Source: Deltaproteobacteria bacterium
GTDB lineage: Bacteria > Myxococcota_A > UBA9042 > DTJE01
Length of the DNA: 64,000 nt
Assembly (NCBI GenBank): GCA_029547805.1
Contig: JAKPOP010000015.1
Coordinates: 21,556 to 85,555, forward strand
Direction of reading: 5' to 3'
Every line of letters starts with the position of its first letter. Within the stretch, counting starts at the first letter, position 1. The notes beneath the pieces are model-generated. The model did not search any database. It had not been told where the DNA came from and saw only the letters and a list, made by a program, of their open reading frames with translations. This document shows, one piece after another, positions 27,817-36,978 of the stretch. Position numbers and translations under genes: made by a program.

Positions 27817-28533
27817 TCAGGCCTCTGGAACACCGCCGAAGACGCGCTTCAGTCGCTGCAGCAACTCGTCCCGGACCTCCCGGAAGGCCTGCAGGCGTGC
27901 CTCACTGTCCCCCGGGACCGCCGCCGGATCCGGCAGGCCCCAGTGAGCCCGGTGGGCCCTCCCGAGCCAGGCCGGGCAGACCTCCTCGGCGCAGAGCGTG
28001 ATCACCGCCTCGACGCGGTCTGCCGGGATATCCCCGATCCCCTTGCTCCAGTGATGGGCGATGTCGATGCCGATCTCGGCCAGGGCCTGGACCGCCAGCG
28101 GGTTCAGTCGCCCCGGGTTGGACCCTGCCGAGAAGACCTCGACGCCCGCCGGCGCCAGGGAACGGGCAATGCCCTCGGCCATCTGACTCCGGGCGGAGTT
28201 CGCCACGCACAGGAAGAGGATGCCCCGGGGCCCGATGGCCCGCAGAAGGGCGGCCTCGACCATCCAGCGGGGCGGCACCCCGGCCCCGCCAGGATAGACC
28301 CGACAGGACAGGCCCTTGACCGGCCCGGCCCGGCCCTCCACGTCCTGGCCGTTGACCCGGATCGACGGGGACCCCAGGAATCCGGCGGCCCGGGCCTCCT
28401 GGTCATCGGCCAGCAGGGTCGTCCGGACATCCGCCGTCACCCCCAGGCCCGCCACCGCTTCCCGGACCAGCGCCTCCGCCTCCGGCAGGTGCGGGCATCC
28501 CTCGAACCCGAGGACCTCGACCGCGATGCTCAT
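27817..28533 (-). CDS. arsC: Arsenate reductase (LMW-PTP type) fused to an N-terminal thioredoxin-fold domain
   Basis: The C-terminal ILFLCVANSARSQMAEG...ITLCAEE is the LMW-PTP ArsC CX5R P-loop. The N-terminal ~100 aa reads MSIAVEVLGFEGCPHLPEA...FLGSPSIRVNG (Trx-fold-like). It is the last gene of the ars operon. Confidence 0.82.
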   Translation of the reverse strand: MSIAVEVLGFEGCPHLPEAEALVREAVAGLGVTADVRTTLLADDQEARAAGFLGSPSIRVNGQDVEGRAGPVKGLSCRVYPGGAGVPPRWMVEAALLRAIGPRGILFLCVANSARSQMAEGIARSLAPAGVEVFSAGSNPGRLNPLAVQALAEIGIDIAHHWSKGIGDIPADRVEAVITLCAEEVCPAWLGRAHRAHWGLPDPAAVPGDSEARLQAFREVRDELLQRLKRVFGGVPEA

Positions 28534-28573
28534 GGTGTGTCTCCGATGGCGACCCCATCCGCCCTTCGGGCCG

Positions 28574-29671
28574 TCATCCCCCGGTTCTGCCAAGGCCAGG
28601 GGCATCGGCCGCCTCTTCCCCGAACCACCGTCCCCGGATCCACAGCGCCACGTGGACCAGCCCGATCAGCACGGGCACCTCGACGAGGGGCCCGATCACG
28701 GCCGCCAGGGCCGCCCCGTGGTGGATGCCGAACGTCGCCACCGCGACGGCGATCGCCAGTTCGAAGTTGTTGGACGCGGCGGTGAAGGACAGCGTGGCCG
28801 CCTGCCCGTAGTTGGCCCCGACCTTCTTCGAGACCCAGAACGACACCAGGAACATCAGCACAAAATAGACCAGCAGCGGGATCGCGATGCGCACCACGTC
28901 CAGAGGCAGTTCGATGATCTTCTCGCCCTTCAGGCTGAACATCACGACGATCGTGAACAGCAGTGCAACGAGCGTGATCGGGCTGATCTTCGGGATGAAC
29001 TTCTCCTGGTACCACGCCTTGCCCTTCAAGGCGATCAGGCTGAAGCGCGTCACGACCCCCGCAATGAAGGGGACCCCCAGGTAGATGAACACGCTCCGGG
29101 CAATCTCCCCGATCGTGATGTGGACCTCCATGCCCGGGAGCCCCAGCCAGGTGGGAACGACCGTGATGAAGATCCAGGCGTAGGCCGAGTAGAACAGCAC
29201 CTGGAACAGGGAGTTGAGGGCCACCAGGCCGGCACAGTACTCGGTGTCCCCCTTGGCCAGGTCGTTCCAGACGATGACCATCGCGATGCATCGGGCCAGA
29301 CCGATCAGGATCAGGCCGACCATGTAGTCCGGCTGGTCCCGGAGGAAGATCACCGCCAGGGCGAACATCAGCACCGGCCCGATGACCCAGTTCTGGAAGA
29401 GCGAGAGCAGCAGCACCCGCCAGTTGCGGAAGACGGGTCCCATCTCCTCGTAGCGGACCTTGGCCAGGGGCGGGTACATCATCAGGATCAGGCCGATGGC
29501 GATGGGAATGGAGGTGGTGCCGACGCTGAATCGATTCAGGAACGGCACGATGTCCGGAAACACGTAGAAGGACCCGATCCCGGCCGCCATGGCCAGGAAG
29601 ATCCACAGGGTCAGATACCGATCCAGGAACGAGAGTTGTCCGGCCACGCCGCGGGGCGTCTTGCCATTCAT
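28574..29671 (-). CDS. acr3: Arsenite efflux permease, ACR3 family
   Basis: [20 protein letters not shown]..., [24 protein letters not shown] and [14 protein letters not shown] are classic ACR3 motifs. The start at Met 29671 has an upstream GGAGGA. Confidence 0.92.
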   Translation of the reverse strand: MNGKTPRGVAGQLSFLDRYLTLWIFLAMAAGIGSFYVFPDIVPFLNRFSVGTTSIPIAIGLILMMYPPLAKVRYEEMGPVFRNWRVLLLSLFQNWVIGPVLMFALAVIFLRDQPDYMVGLILIGLARCIAMVIVWNDLAKGDTEYCAGLVALNSLFQVLFYSAYAWIFITVVPTWLGLPGMEVHITIGEIARSVFIYLGVPFIAGVVTRFSLIALKGKAWYQEKFIPKISPITLVALLFTIVVMFSLKGEKIIELPLDVVRIAIPLLVYFVLMFLVSFWVSKKVGANYGQAATLSFTAASNNFELAIAVAVATFGIHHGAALAAVIGPLVEVPVLIGLVHVALWIRGRWFGEEAADAPGLGRTGG

Positions 29672-29672
29672 G

Positions 29673-30056
29673 TCATCCTCCTCTTCCTGACATGCCGGTA
29701 GCCTGTCCCTGGCAGGTCCGATGGGGCAGGTGCCCCTCCCTCCAGGTGTCCAGACGGCGCTCCTCCTCCGACAGGTCCCGGGTCTCCAGCAACACCTGGA
29801 GAAACTGCAGCACGGCGGTGACGTCTGGAGACAGGCGATCGGGAAGGCGGTAGAAGACCCACACGGCGTCCCGGCGATCGGCCACCAGCCCCGCATGGGC
29901 CAGGTATCTCAGGTGCCTCGAGGCCTTCGACTGGGAGATGCCCAGGGCCTCGACGAAGTCGCAGACGCAGAGTTCGCCCCGCCGGAACAGCAACCCCATC
30001 ATCCGAAGCCGCGTCTCGTCCGAGAGGGCCTTGAAGATGCTGGCCAGGTCTCTCAT
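29673..30056 (-). CDS. arsR: Arsenic-responsive repressor ArsR
   Basis: [45 protein letters not shown] contains the As(III)-binding ELCVCD motif and the HTH. It is the first gene of the arsR-acr3-arsC operon. Confidence 0.9.
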   Translation of the reverse strand: MRDLASIFKALSDETRLRMMGLLFRRGELCVCDFVEALGISQSKASRHLRYLAHAGLVADRRDAVWVFYRLPDRLSPDVTAVLQFLQVLLETRDLSEEERRLDTWREGHLPHRTCQGQATGMSGRGG

Positions 30057-30373
30057 GGGGACCTCTCCTCCACCGTCCTGTTCCGGTCCCCGAAGGTCCC
30101 GGTCGCCCCCGTTCACCGGGATTCTTTATAACCGCTTACTCGGAAGTCCACAACAGCTGGGGGATAAGCTGCAGCCCGCGGTGACCGCCCCGGCGCGATG
30201 AAGGCGCAAGTCGGGGCGGACATCCGGCGCGACGGCTGTCGACGCCGTCACGATACGCATTCAACTACCCTGCACAGACCGCGCCTGGGCGGCGAAGCCG
30301 CCTGCCAGCCGGCGTAACGGAAGCGGGCTGTCACCTGCATCCCCGAGTTCGCCCCCCTTCCTCCTGGGGCTGC

Positions 30374-31432
30374 TCACTTGGCCTGGACGAACTCGCGCAG
30401 GCGGGTGTGCTGAAGGAGCGACGGCAGGGTGGCGAGGGTGAAGACCTTTCCTTGCGTGGCGAGAAGCATGCTTCGCATGTCCTCTGCGCGGACGCCGAAG
30501 CCGCGCCCGTCGATGCAGGCGACGACCTCAAATGCGGGGCGGTTGGCCCTGATGCGCTCGTCTCGCATCCCTGCGAGAACCTTGAGGCGTGCGACCTTGT
30601 CTCTGGCGGTGCCATCGTCGTTGGTGATCTTGGCCTCGATGATGACCGCCGGGGCGAATTCAGTCGGCACGAAGAAGTCGGGAGCCTGCTCGAAGCCGGG
30701 AACGCGTTCGGCCCGGCGCGTTCGACGGAAGGTAATGCCATGGCCGATGAGAAGGTCGTCAATCGCTGACTCCATCACGTCCCCCACGAGTTCGGACACG
30801 GAGTCGCGGTGACTCGCGAAAGGGCGACCGAGGTAGCGCTCGTAGAGGAGGACCGCGTACGGAACGTGCTGGCTCGCAACATGGCGGAGGGATACCAGAC
30901 CTTCGTCCGTGTCGGCCTTCTTCAGGCGATGCACCGTGTTTTCGGCCCCGGCCGGCGCGCCCCGCGCAACGCATTGCGCAGCAATGGAGAGGAGGGCGCG
31001 GACACGAACGGCAGTCTTGCCTTGAGGGGTCTCTCGGAGGAGGTTCGCGAATAGGTCACGCTGATGACGGGCCTTGACGTCGAGCGACCTGGCGACGCCT
31101 TGCGCGACGTCGCTTCCCAGCTCGGAGCGGGCGAGTTCCGCCCACTCGGGCGGAGAGAAGCCGAGGATCGTGCGGAGCACGACGAAGCAAAGCGCGTCTG
31201 CCCTGACCGCTTCAGCCAGCGTAGCCTCGGTCACGTCGCCAAAACCTGACGTCACGCGCTTGAGCGTTTCGTAGGCATTCTGGAAGTCGTGGAACTCAAT
31301 GAAGTGCCTACCTTTCGGCAACACCAAAAACTGCGACTGCAAGTCTGCGAAGGTCGCACGGACCATTTCGTCCAGCCGCGTCTTCAACTGGTCGAGTGAC
31401 AGATGAAAGGGGCGGTCAGAAGTCGACGGCAT
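30374..31432 (-). CDS. Putative type II restriction endonuclease (PD-(D/E)xK fold)
   Basis: A candidate catalytic motif is PDFFVPTEFAPAVIIEAKITNDDGTARDK (D...E-x-K). The start at ATG 31432 overlaps the last codons of the upstream methylase gene. G+C is lower than in the flanks. No specific REase family was recognised. Confidence 0.6.
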   Translation of the reverse strand: MPSTSDRPFHLSLDQLKTRLDEMVRATFADLQSQFLVLPKGRHFIEFHDFQNAYETLKRVTSGFGDVTEATLAEAVRADALCFVVLRTILGFSPPEWAELARSELGSDVAQGVARSLDVKARHQRDLFANLLRETPQGKTAVRVRALLSIAAQCVARGAPAGAENTVHRLKKADTDEGLVSLRHVASQHVPYAVLLYERYLGRPFASHRDSVSELVGDVMESAIDDLLIGHGITFRRTRRAERVPGFEQAPDFFVPTEFAPAVIIEAKITNDDGTARDKVARLKVLAGMRDERIRANRPAFEVVACIDGRGFGVRAEDMRSMLLATQGKVFTLATLPSLLQHTRLREFVQAK

Positions 31433-33713
31433 CCACGTCCTCCGGTTCCCCATAGGCGGTCGAGTCTTCCCGCAGACCAGTCGCGTCGCAGCGGTGCGTG
31501 AGAACGTCGGGTGGAAGAAGCTTCTCGATCTCAGGCCAGCCCCCTCCGATGCAAACGGCTTCTTGAACCCGTTCGAGCTTCTGTTCCCACGGAGCCGTCT
31601 TGTCCCATGTTGTCCGCATGCGCCAAATTGCCAAGCGGACCAAGTGTCCATACGCAACGCAGCGCGCGTCACCACGCGTGACGCTCACACCACCCCGAGC
31701 AAGGCGAGCAAGATCGGCCAGGACCAACGTAGCTACGCCCGCAGGCGTTTCCACCAGAGTCGCGCGGGGCACCCGGCCGGTCGTCCGGCAAACGAACACG
31801 GTATCGATGATGGACGACTCGGTCCCGTGGATATGGATGGAGCCCCCCATCTCGCCCGGAGCTGGAAGCGAGGCGGTACAGGTCAAGCCCGCGTCAAGCA
31901 GACCCACGGCAATCGGGGCGTACGCATCGATGCTGTTGTGGTGGTAAGTAAAGGCGAGTGGAGCCCCTTCCTTCAGGGCTTGCGCCATGCGACAGAAGAC
32001 ACTGGACAAACCGGCGGCGAAGTTGGCCAAGCCCCTCGATAGAGTCGCGTTGCCTGTCAACTCGCCGGCGTTTCGCGTGGAGGTCGCGCGGAACGCCGGC
32101 TCTCTGTCGCCGATGAGGCGACGCAGCCACGCGTAGCAGAAGTCCATCAGTTCCGCGTACTGGACGTTCGCGAAGTACGGGGGATCCGTGAACACGGCGT
32201 CCAGACTCGCAGGCGAGAGAGACGATTCCGCCGAACTCCCGCAGTGCAATTGAACACTGCGCTTCTGGCGGGTCCCGGGCGCAAACTCACCGATCCACTC
32301 GCCCAAGATGGGAAAAACAACCTTCCGGCCGCGCTCGATCCTAACCTCAAACGGCCGCTCGCAGTACTCCTTCGCGCGCCGGAACTTTTCAACGATGTTC
32401 GTCCATCCGCCGCTGCCGACGTTCGTTCGAGTCACCGCGTGCCGGATCCCGAGGAGGTTCGACTCGCACTGCACCAAGCCAACCGGAAAGCCATGGACGG
32501 AGAAGATGTCGAGCGACTTCAACGCCCTGGTATCGTAGCGACAGAGCATGTTCTGGTAGCGCAGCATGTCCGAGACGTTAGTCGCCAAAGCACCTCGGAC
32601 TCGATCATCTGGCACCATCGCGACCTGTCGGCAAAGCAGTTCAAGACCCAGAATCTGTCGGGCGTTGAACAGATCCCGCCACTTCCTGTATCCCCATCTG
32701 AGGAGACGATTCGTCTCGTCCCCGGGTGGGATCGGATCGTCAGGGGCAAAGCGCAGACTGAGCCCGATCGCTCGTTCCTCCGCCTCTGCGTATCGAGCCA
32801 AGTCCTCCGCGTCGGGACGCTTAAAGAACCGGCCCTTGTGCGTCCCGCGACAGTGGTCGCAGTGGTACTCGATCGCGAACATGCGGTGCCGCGGGACACC
32901 CCCCGACGTCGCAGGGACTTGGTTTACCGTGGCGCAACGTGGGCAGAGGCATTTCCCGCGCCTTGCGGTTCCCTCCAGGCAAAGGTGGGTATTGCAGTAG
33001 GGACACTCACCGAGCGCCTCCAACGAACGAGCCTCGACGAGCGCGCCGCACCGCGCGCAGCAAACAACGTTCGCCGTGTGACGCGTGTCCTCCGCGACAA
33101 GGTACCCGGGGAATGCATCGAAGTCGCTTCCGCACTCAGTGCATCTCTGGACCTTGACCCACAGGAAGTACTTGACCCTAGCATCCGGGCGACCGCAGAC
33201 TTCGCACCGTGTGCGGTAGAGTGCGCCGACCGCTGAATCGAGGGCCGTGAGCACCTGTTCCGCAGCCTCCATGTAAGCGTGGAGATCGATCGATTCGATC
33301 TCCTGGCGGACGATCCACCAGGCCATCGGATTGATATCGAAACCAACCACATCACACCCGAGGCGGTTTGCCTCGATCAGGGGCGTCCCCCCGCCCATGA
33401 ACGGATCGGCTACTCGAAGCCCGGTCAGCGAGTGCGGGCGGTAGAAGTCGTCAGTGAGTGCACCTTCCCCGAATTCGGACAGGAGCAACGCACGAAAGAG
33501 GGTTCCGGGGCGTCGTGCGAACCACTTGTGGACTGCGATCACCGGCCGGTAGTTCTGCTGGACCTGCTTCTCGCGGAGGGCCAGATCGGCCACGAAGGCG
33601 ACATCGAACCGCGACTCGATCCCGCTCATCCGCTTCACAGACGCCCCGAGACGCGGACCTTCGAACAGGTCCAACGCGGAACTGCCATTCTGCGGACCTC
33701 GTCGCGCGGTCAT
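31416..33713 (-). CDS. DNA methyltransferase with multiple zinc ribbons (likely N6-adenine or N4-cytosine; COG1743/DUF1156-like)
   Basis: A DUF1156-like N-terminus (QQNYRPVIAVHKWFARRPGTLFRALL), SAM-binding motif I DPFMGGGT, catalytic motif IV TDPPY, and six CxxC pairs between them (CEVC, CTEC, CARC, CPYC, CPRC, CDHC). Confidence 0.85.
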   Translation of the reverse strand: MTARRGPQNGSSALDLFEGPRLGASVKRMSGIESRFDVAFVADLALREKQVQQNYRPVIAVHKWFARRPGTLFRALLLSEFGEGALTDDFYRPHSLTGLRVADPFMGGGTPLIEANRLGCDVVGFDINPMAWWIVRQEIESIDLHAYMEAAEQVLTALDSAVGALYRTRCEVCGRPDARVKYFLWVKVQRCTECGSDFDAFPGYLVAEDTRHTANVVCCARCGALVEARSLEALGECPYCNTHLCLEGTARRGKCLCPRCATVNQVPATSGGVPRHRMFAIEYHCDHCRGTHKGRFFKRPDAEDLARYAEAEERAIGLSLRFAPDDPIPPGDETNRLLRWGYRKWRDLFNARQILGLELLCRQVAMVPDDRVRGALATNVSDMLRYQNMLCRYDTRALKSLDIFSVHGFPVGLVQCESNLLGIRHAVTRTNVGSGGWTNIVEKFRRAKEYCERPFEVRIERGRKVVFPILGEWIGEFAPGTRQKRSVQLHCGSSAESSLSPASLDAVFTDPPYFANVQYAELMDFCYAWLRRLIGDREPAFRATSTRNAGELTGNATLSRGLANFAAGLSSVFCRMAQALKEGAPLAFTYHHNSIDAYAPIAVGLLDAGLTCTASLPAPGEMGGSIHIHGTESSIIDTVFVCRTTGRVPRATLVETPAGVATLVLADLARLARGGVSVTRGDARCVAYGHLVRLAIWRMRTTWDKTAPWEQKLERVQEAVCIGGGWPEIEKLLPPDVLTHRCDATGLREDSTAYGEPEDVDAVDF

Positions 33714-34040
33714 CGGTCGCCTCGGTCTTTCCCGTTTCCACTATCGAGCCAAACAGCCAACCGTTCCATCCCGGCAAGGATGACTCAACCGAGGTCATGC
33801 TACAACGAAGGTTCGACATCTGTCGAGGCGTCCATTCGCGCCCGCGGACTCCAGTGTCTCGCCTCGCTGGTCGGCACGAAGCGGCGCGAAAGCAGCGCGT
33901 GGAAGCTGGTGGGGCTGGGGTGGGTCGAACCCTTCTCCGAGGGACCCCGGCCGCCATGGGCCCCTTCTCCCGCAGTCGTGCTGGTCCGGCAGGGAGGTTC
34001 GTGCTAGCGTCCCGGGCCACGACACGTTCGAGGAGGTGAC

Positions 34041-34634
34041 ATGAACCCCCTGTCCGAAGAGGCATGGAATCAGGTCCTGAAGGAGGCCCGGACCCACCGG
34101 GCCTGGCAGCCGATCCCGGTGGAGGACGCCCTGCTGCGGCGTCTCTACGAACTGGTGCGCATGGGACCTACCGCAATGAACTGCCAGCCCCTGCGACTGG
34201 TCTTTGTCCGGAGCCCCGAGGCCAAGGAGCGGCTGCGACCGGTCCTGATGCCAGGCAACGTGGAGAAGACGATGGCGGCACCGGTGACGGCGATCGTGGC
34301 CTGGGACACGGCGTTTCACGAGCGGATCGGGGACCTGAACCCCACGATGCCCCAGGCCCGACGCATGCTGGAGGAGATGGCCCCCGAGGACCGGGAACGG
34401 ATGGGGCGATTCAGCGCCACCCTGCAGGCCGGGTACCTGATTCTGGCAGCCCGGGGACTGGGCCTGGACTGCGGGCCCATGGCCGGGTTCGATGCCGAGG
34501 CGCTGGACCGGGAGTTCTTCCCTGACGGCCGATGGAAGTCCCTGCTGCTGGTGAACCTGGGCGTCGGGGACCCGTCCCGGCTGCATCCCCGGGCCCCCAG
34601 GCCCTCCTTCGAGGAGGCCTGCCTGGTCCTGTGA
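34041..34634 (+). CDS. Nitroreductase-family protein, RutE-like (putative malonic semialdehyde reductase)
   Basis: ARTHRAW...LVRMGPTAMNCQPLRLVFV...LQAGYLILAARGLGLDCGPMAGFD resembles the RutE/YdjA nitroreductase subgroup. Confidence 0.75.
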   Translation: MNPLSEEAWNQVLKEARTHRAWQPIPVEDALLRRLYELVRMGPTAMNCQPLRLVFVRSPEAKERLRPVLMPGNVEKTMAAPVTAIVAWDTAFHERIGDLNPTMPQARRMLEEMAPEDRERMGRFSATLQAGYLILAARGLGLDCGPMAGFDAEALDREFFPDGRWKSLLLVNLGVGDPSRLHPRAPRPSFEEACLVL

Positions 34635-34639
34635 AGGGG

Positions 34640-35746
34640 TCAGGGCCGCCAGGCCCGGGCAATGGCCTCCAGCAGCCGCGTGTCCGCCAGGGCATCCTGA
34701 AGGTCGGTCTCGGGCCGACGGCCCGTCCGCACGCACTCGTGGAAGTGATGCAGTTCCAGGCGGAACGCCTCGTCGAGGGAGACGATCACCTCCCGGCCCT
34801 CGAACCGTCCATCGACCATCGACTCGACCCTGACGGGGGTCGGGAAATGGCGGTAGTAGGGCGACGGGAAGGTCAGGGTCACCCGGGACTCGGGACTCGC
34901 GAAGAAGAGTTCCTCCCGGTAGTGCCTCAGTCCCGGGAGATAGACCCAGGACAGGGTCCCCCGGACGTCTCCAGGCCAGCGAAGCACGACATGCATGCCA
35001 CGCCCGCCACGCCAGAACTCGCTGAACAGGACCTCCTCCGGCTCTCCCAGGATGCCGCGCAGCGCATTCACGTCGTGGATCAGGCTGTTGAACAGCAGGA
35101 AGGTGGAGACCTTCTGGCAGGCCGGGGCCTCCGGTCCGACGATGGCCTCGACGTTCTCCCGGGCCGCCCCACGAAGCACCATGTCAGTCAGGCCATCGGT
35201 CTCCTCCCGGTCCTCCCGGGCCTTCGTGTCAGGGTCCTTCGGCGGTTCCAGGACGTAGTGGTCCCGGGCCCGGGCATCCACCGGGTGCAGTACCTCGCAG
35301 CGGACCCACCGGAGGTCCCGGAGTCGTCTCACCTCCTCCCGGGCATGCCGGTAGCCAGGGTCATAGCGCTTGTGGTAGCCGACCATCAGGACCCGGTCGG
35401 TCGCCTCCGCCACCCGGGCGATGGCCTCGACCTCCTGCAGGTTCTCCCCGAGGGGCTTCTCCGTGAAGACGTGCTTCCCGGCGGCCAGCGCATCGATGAC
35501 CGGGTCCCGGTGGGACCCCCCGCTGGCAATCAGCACCGCCTCGACCGGCTCCTCCAGCAGTCGCCGGTAGTCCCCATGGAGGCGATCGACGTGATGGCGA
35601 CGGCCCATCGCCTCCAGCACCTGGGGGTTCGTGTCGGCCAGCGCCACCACCCGGAACAGGTCCGGCCGCTCCCACAGGAACGGCAGGTGCATCATCTGCG
35701 AGATCCCGCCACACCCGATGACACCGATCGAAATGGGGTCCGACAT
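34640..35746 (-). CDS. Gfo/Idh/MocA-family NAD(P)-dependent oxidoreductase (candidate inositol/inosose dehydrogenase)
   Basis: The N-terminal Rossmann region is ISIGVIGCGGISQMMHLPFL. Also present: FTEKPL and VGYHKRYDP. It lies in an iol-type locus. The start is at Met 35746. Confidence 0.82.
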   Translation of the reverse strand: MSDPISIGVIGCGGISQMMHLPFLWERPDLFRVVALADTNPQVLEAMGRRHHVDRLHGDYRRLLEEPVEAVLIASGGSHRDPVIDALAAGKHVFTEKPLGENLQEVEAIARVAEATDRVLMVGYHKRYDPGYRHAREEVRRLRDLRWVRCEVLHPVDARARDHYVLEPPKDPDTKAREDREETDGLTDMVLRGAARENVEAIVGPEAPACQKVSTFLLFNSLIHDVNALRGILGEPEEVLFSEFWRGGRGMHVVLRWPGDVRGTLSWVYLPGLRHYREELFFASPESRVTLTFPSPYYRHFPTPVRVESMVDGRFEGREVIVSLDEAFRLELHHFHECVRTGRRPETDLQDALADTRLLEAIARAWRP

Positions 35747-35775
35747 GTCCTGTCCCTCCTCCGGGCCCGTGACCG

Positions 35776-36681
35776 TCACAGGCCCATCCACCGCAGGGCC
35801 TCCCGACTCTGGCGGGCGCACAGGAACGGGTCTGGATCGAGCCGTCCCGTGTCATCCGCGACCGTGTCCTGCTCGACGATGACCCACCCCTCGTAGCCCC
35901 GGTCCCGCAGGAGGCCCGTCAACGCGGGAAAGTCCACGCATCCCTGGCCGATGGGGACGAAGACGCCCCGCCTCCAGGCCGCCTGCATGTCGAGTCCCTC
36001 CCGGTGCACCTCCGCCAGGCGGCCGGCATCCAGGTCCTTGTAGTGGACATAGCGCACCCGGTCCCCCCGGCGACGGACCAGGTCCACCGGGTCCCCGCCG
36101 CCATAGACGTAGTGCCCCGTGTCCAGCAGCAGGTCCACCCGTCCCGGGACGGTGCGGTCCAGCAGTTGCTCCACCTCCTCCGGTGTCTCCAGGTAGGTGC
36201 CCACGTGGTGGTGGACCACGACGCGCATGCCCCATCGCTGTCGCAGCGCCTCTTCGACGGCCTCGATGGTGCCGATGGCCGACTCCCACTGCGCGTCGGT
36301 CCAGCCCTGAGGATGGCGGCCGGCCTGGGCCTTCCGGGTCGCGTCGCCGGCGTCGGCCAGGATCACCTCGGGCACCCCCATTGCGGCCAGCAGACCACCC
36401 ACCTGCAGGACCTCCGCCACCGCCGCCTCCCGGGCATCCCGGTCCCCCAGGGCCACCGGCACGAAGGAGGAGCCCAGCGCGAGCCCCCGCCGGTCCAGTT
36501 CGGCGGCCAGCACGACCGGGTCCGTGGGCAGGTAGCCGTAGGGCCCCAGTTCGGTCCCCTCGTAGCCGGCCTCGGCGATGGCGTCCAGGACCCGGGGCCA
36601 GGGCAACTGCCGGGTCTCCCCGAACCCCGGTTCGAAGATGCCGAAACTGACCGGTGCGTTGCCGACGCGAATCCGTTCCAT
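35776..36681 (-). CDS. Xylose-isomerase-like TIM-barrel protein (IolE-like inosose dehydratase candidate)
   Basis: MERIRVGNAPVSFGIFE...AGYEGTELGPYGYLP...HHHVGTYLETPEE...DTGH...VHYKD...WVIVEQD. It has an iol-locus context. The start is at Met 36681. Confidence 0.78.
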   Translation of the reverse strand: MERIRVGNAPVSFGIFEPGFGETRQLPWPRVLDAIAEAGYEGTELGPYGYLPTDPVVLAAELDRRGLALGSSFVPVALGDRDAREAAVAEVLQVGGLLAAMGVPEVILADAGDATRKAQAGRHPQGWTDAQWESAIGTIEAVEEALRQRWGMRVVVHHHVGTYLETPEEVEQLLDRTVPGRVDLLLDTGHYVYGGGDPVDLVRRRGDRVRYVHYKDLDAGRLAEVHREGLDMQAAWRRGVFVPIGQGCVDFPALTGLLRDRGYEGWVIVEQDTVADDTGRLDPDPFLCARQSREALRWMGL

Positions 36682-36755
36682 GCCCTCCTCCTGTAGGTCC
36701 GCCTGTCCTCGCCGCCCGGAGCCGCCCTGCGTCGGGCCCTCGCGGACCCGGTGGA

Positions 36756-36769
36756 CGCAAACGTTTGCG
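36756..36769. promoter_or_regulatory. Perfect 14-bp LacI/GalR-type palindrome CGCAAACGTTTGCG
   Basis: It lies in the divergent intergenic region between the iolE-like gene and the MFS transporter gene. It matches the central AAACGTTT core typical of LacI-family operators. Confidence 0.6.
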
Positions 36770-36978
36770 GTCCGGTCCGGCTGGATACTTCCTTTGCCAG
36801 GGGTTGTCAATGGCATCGCTGGTCCGCCCTGCGGTTCCCCTCCGCCCGAGGGACTCCTGTTTCACGAGAGGGAGTGACGGTTCCATCGCGGAACCCGCCC
36901 CGTGCAATTTCCATTGGAGGGCCTCGCGGGGAGTGGTAGGGTTTCCCGTCGGGCATCTCGGCGCCGGAGGACCCTGAC

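Noticed and set aside
33922-33932. T-loop-like motifs (GGGTCGAACCC here, and GGTCGAGTCC at 51911..51920) that might mark tRNA genes at island borders.
   Set aside because: The flanking bases do not form T-stems, acceptor stems or anticodon arms. I could not fold any cloverleaf by eye.
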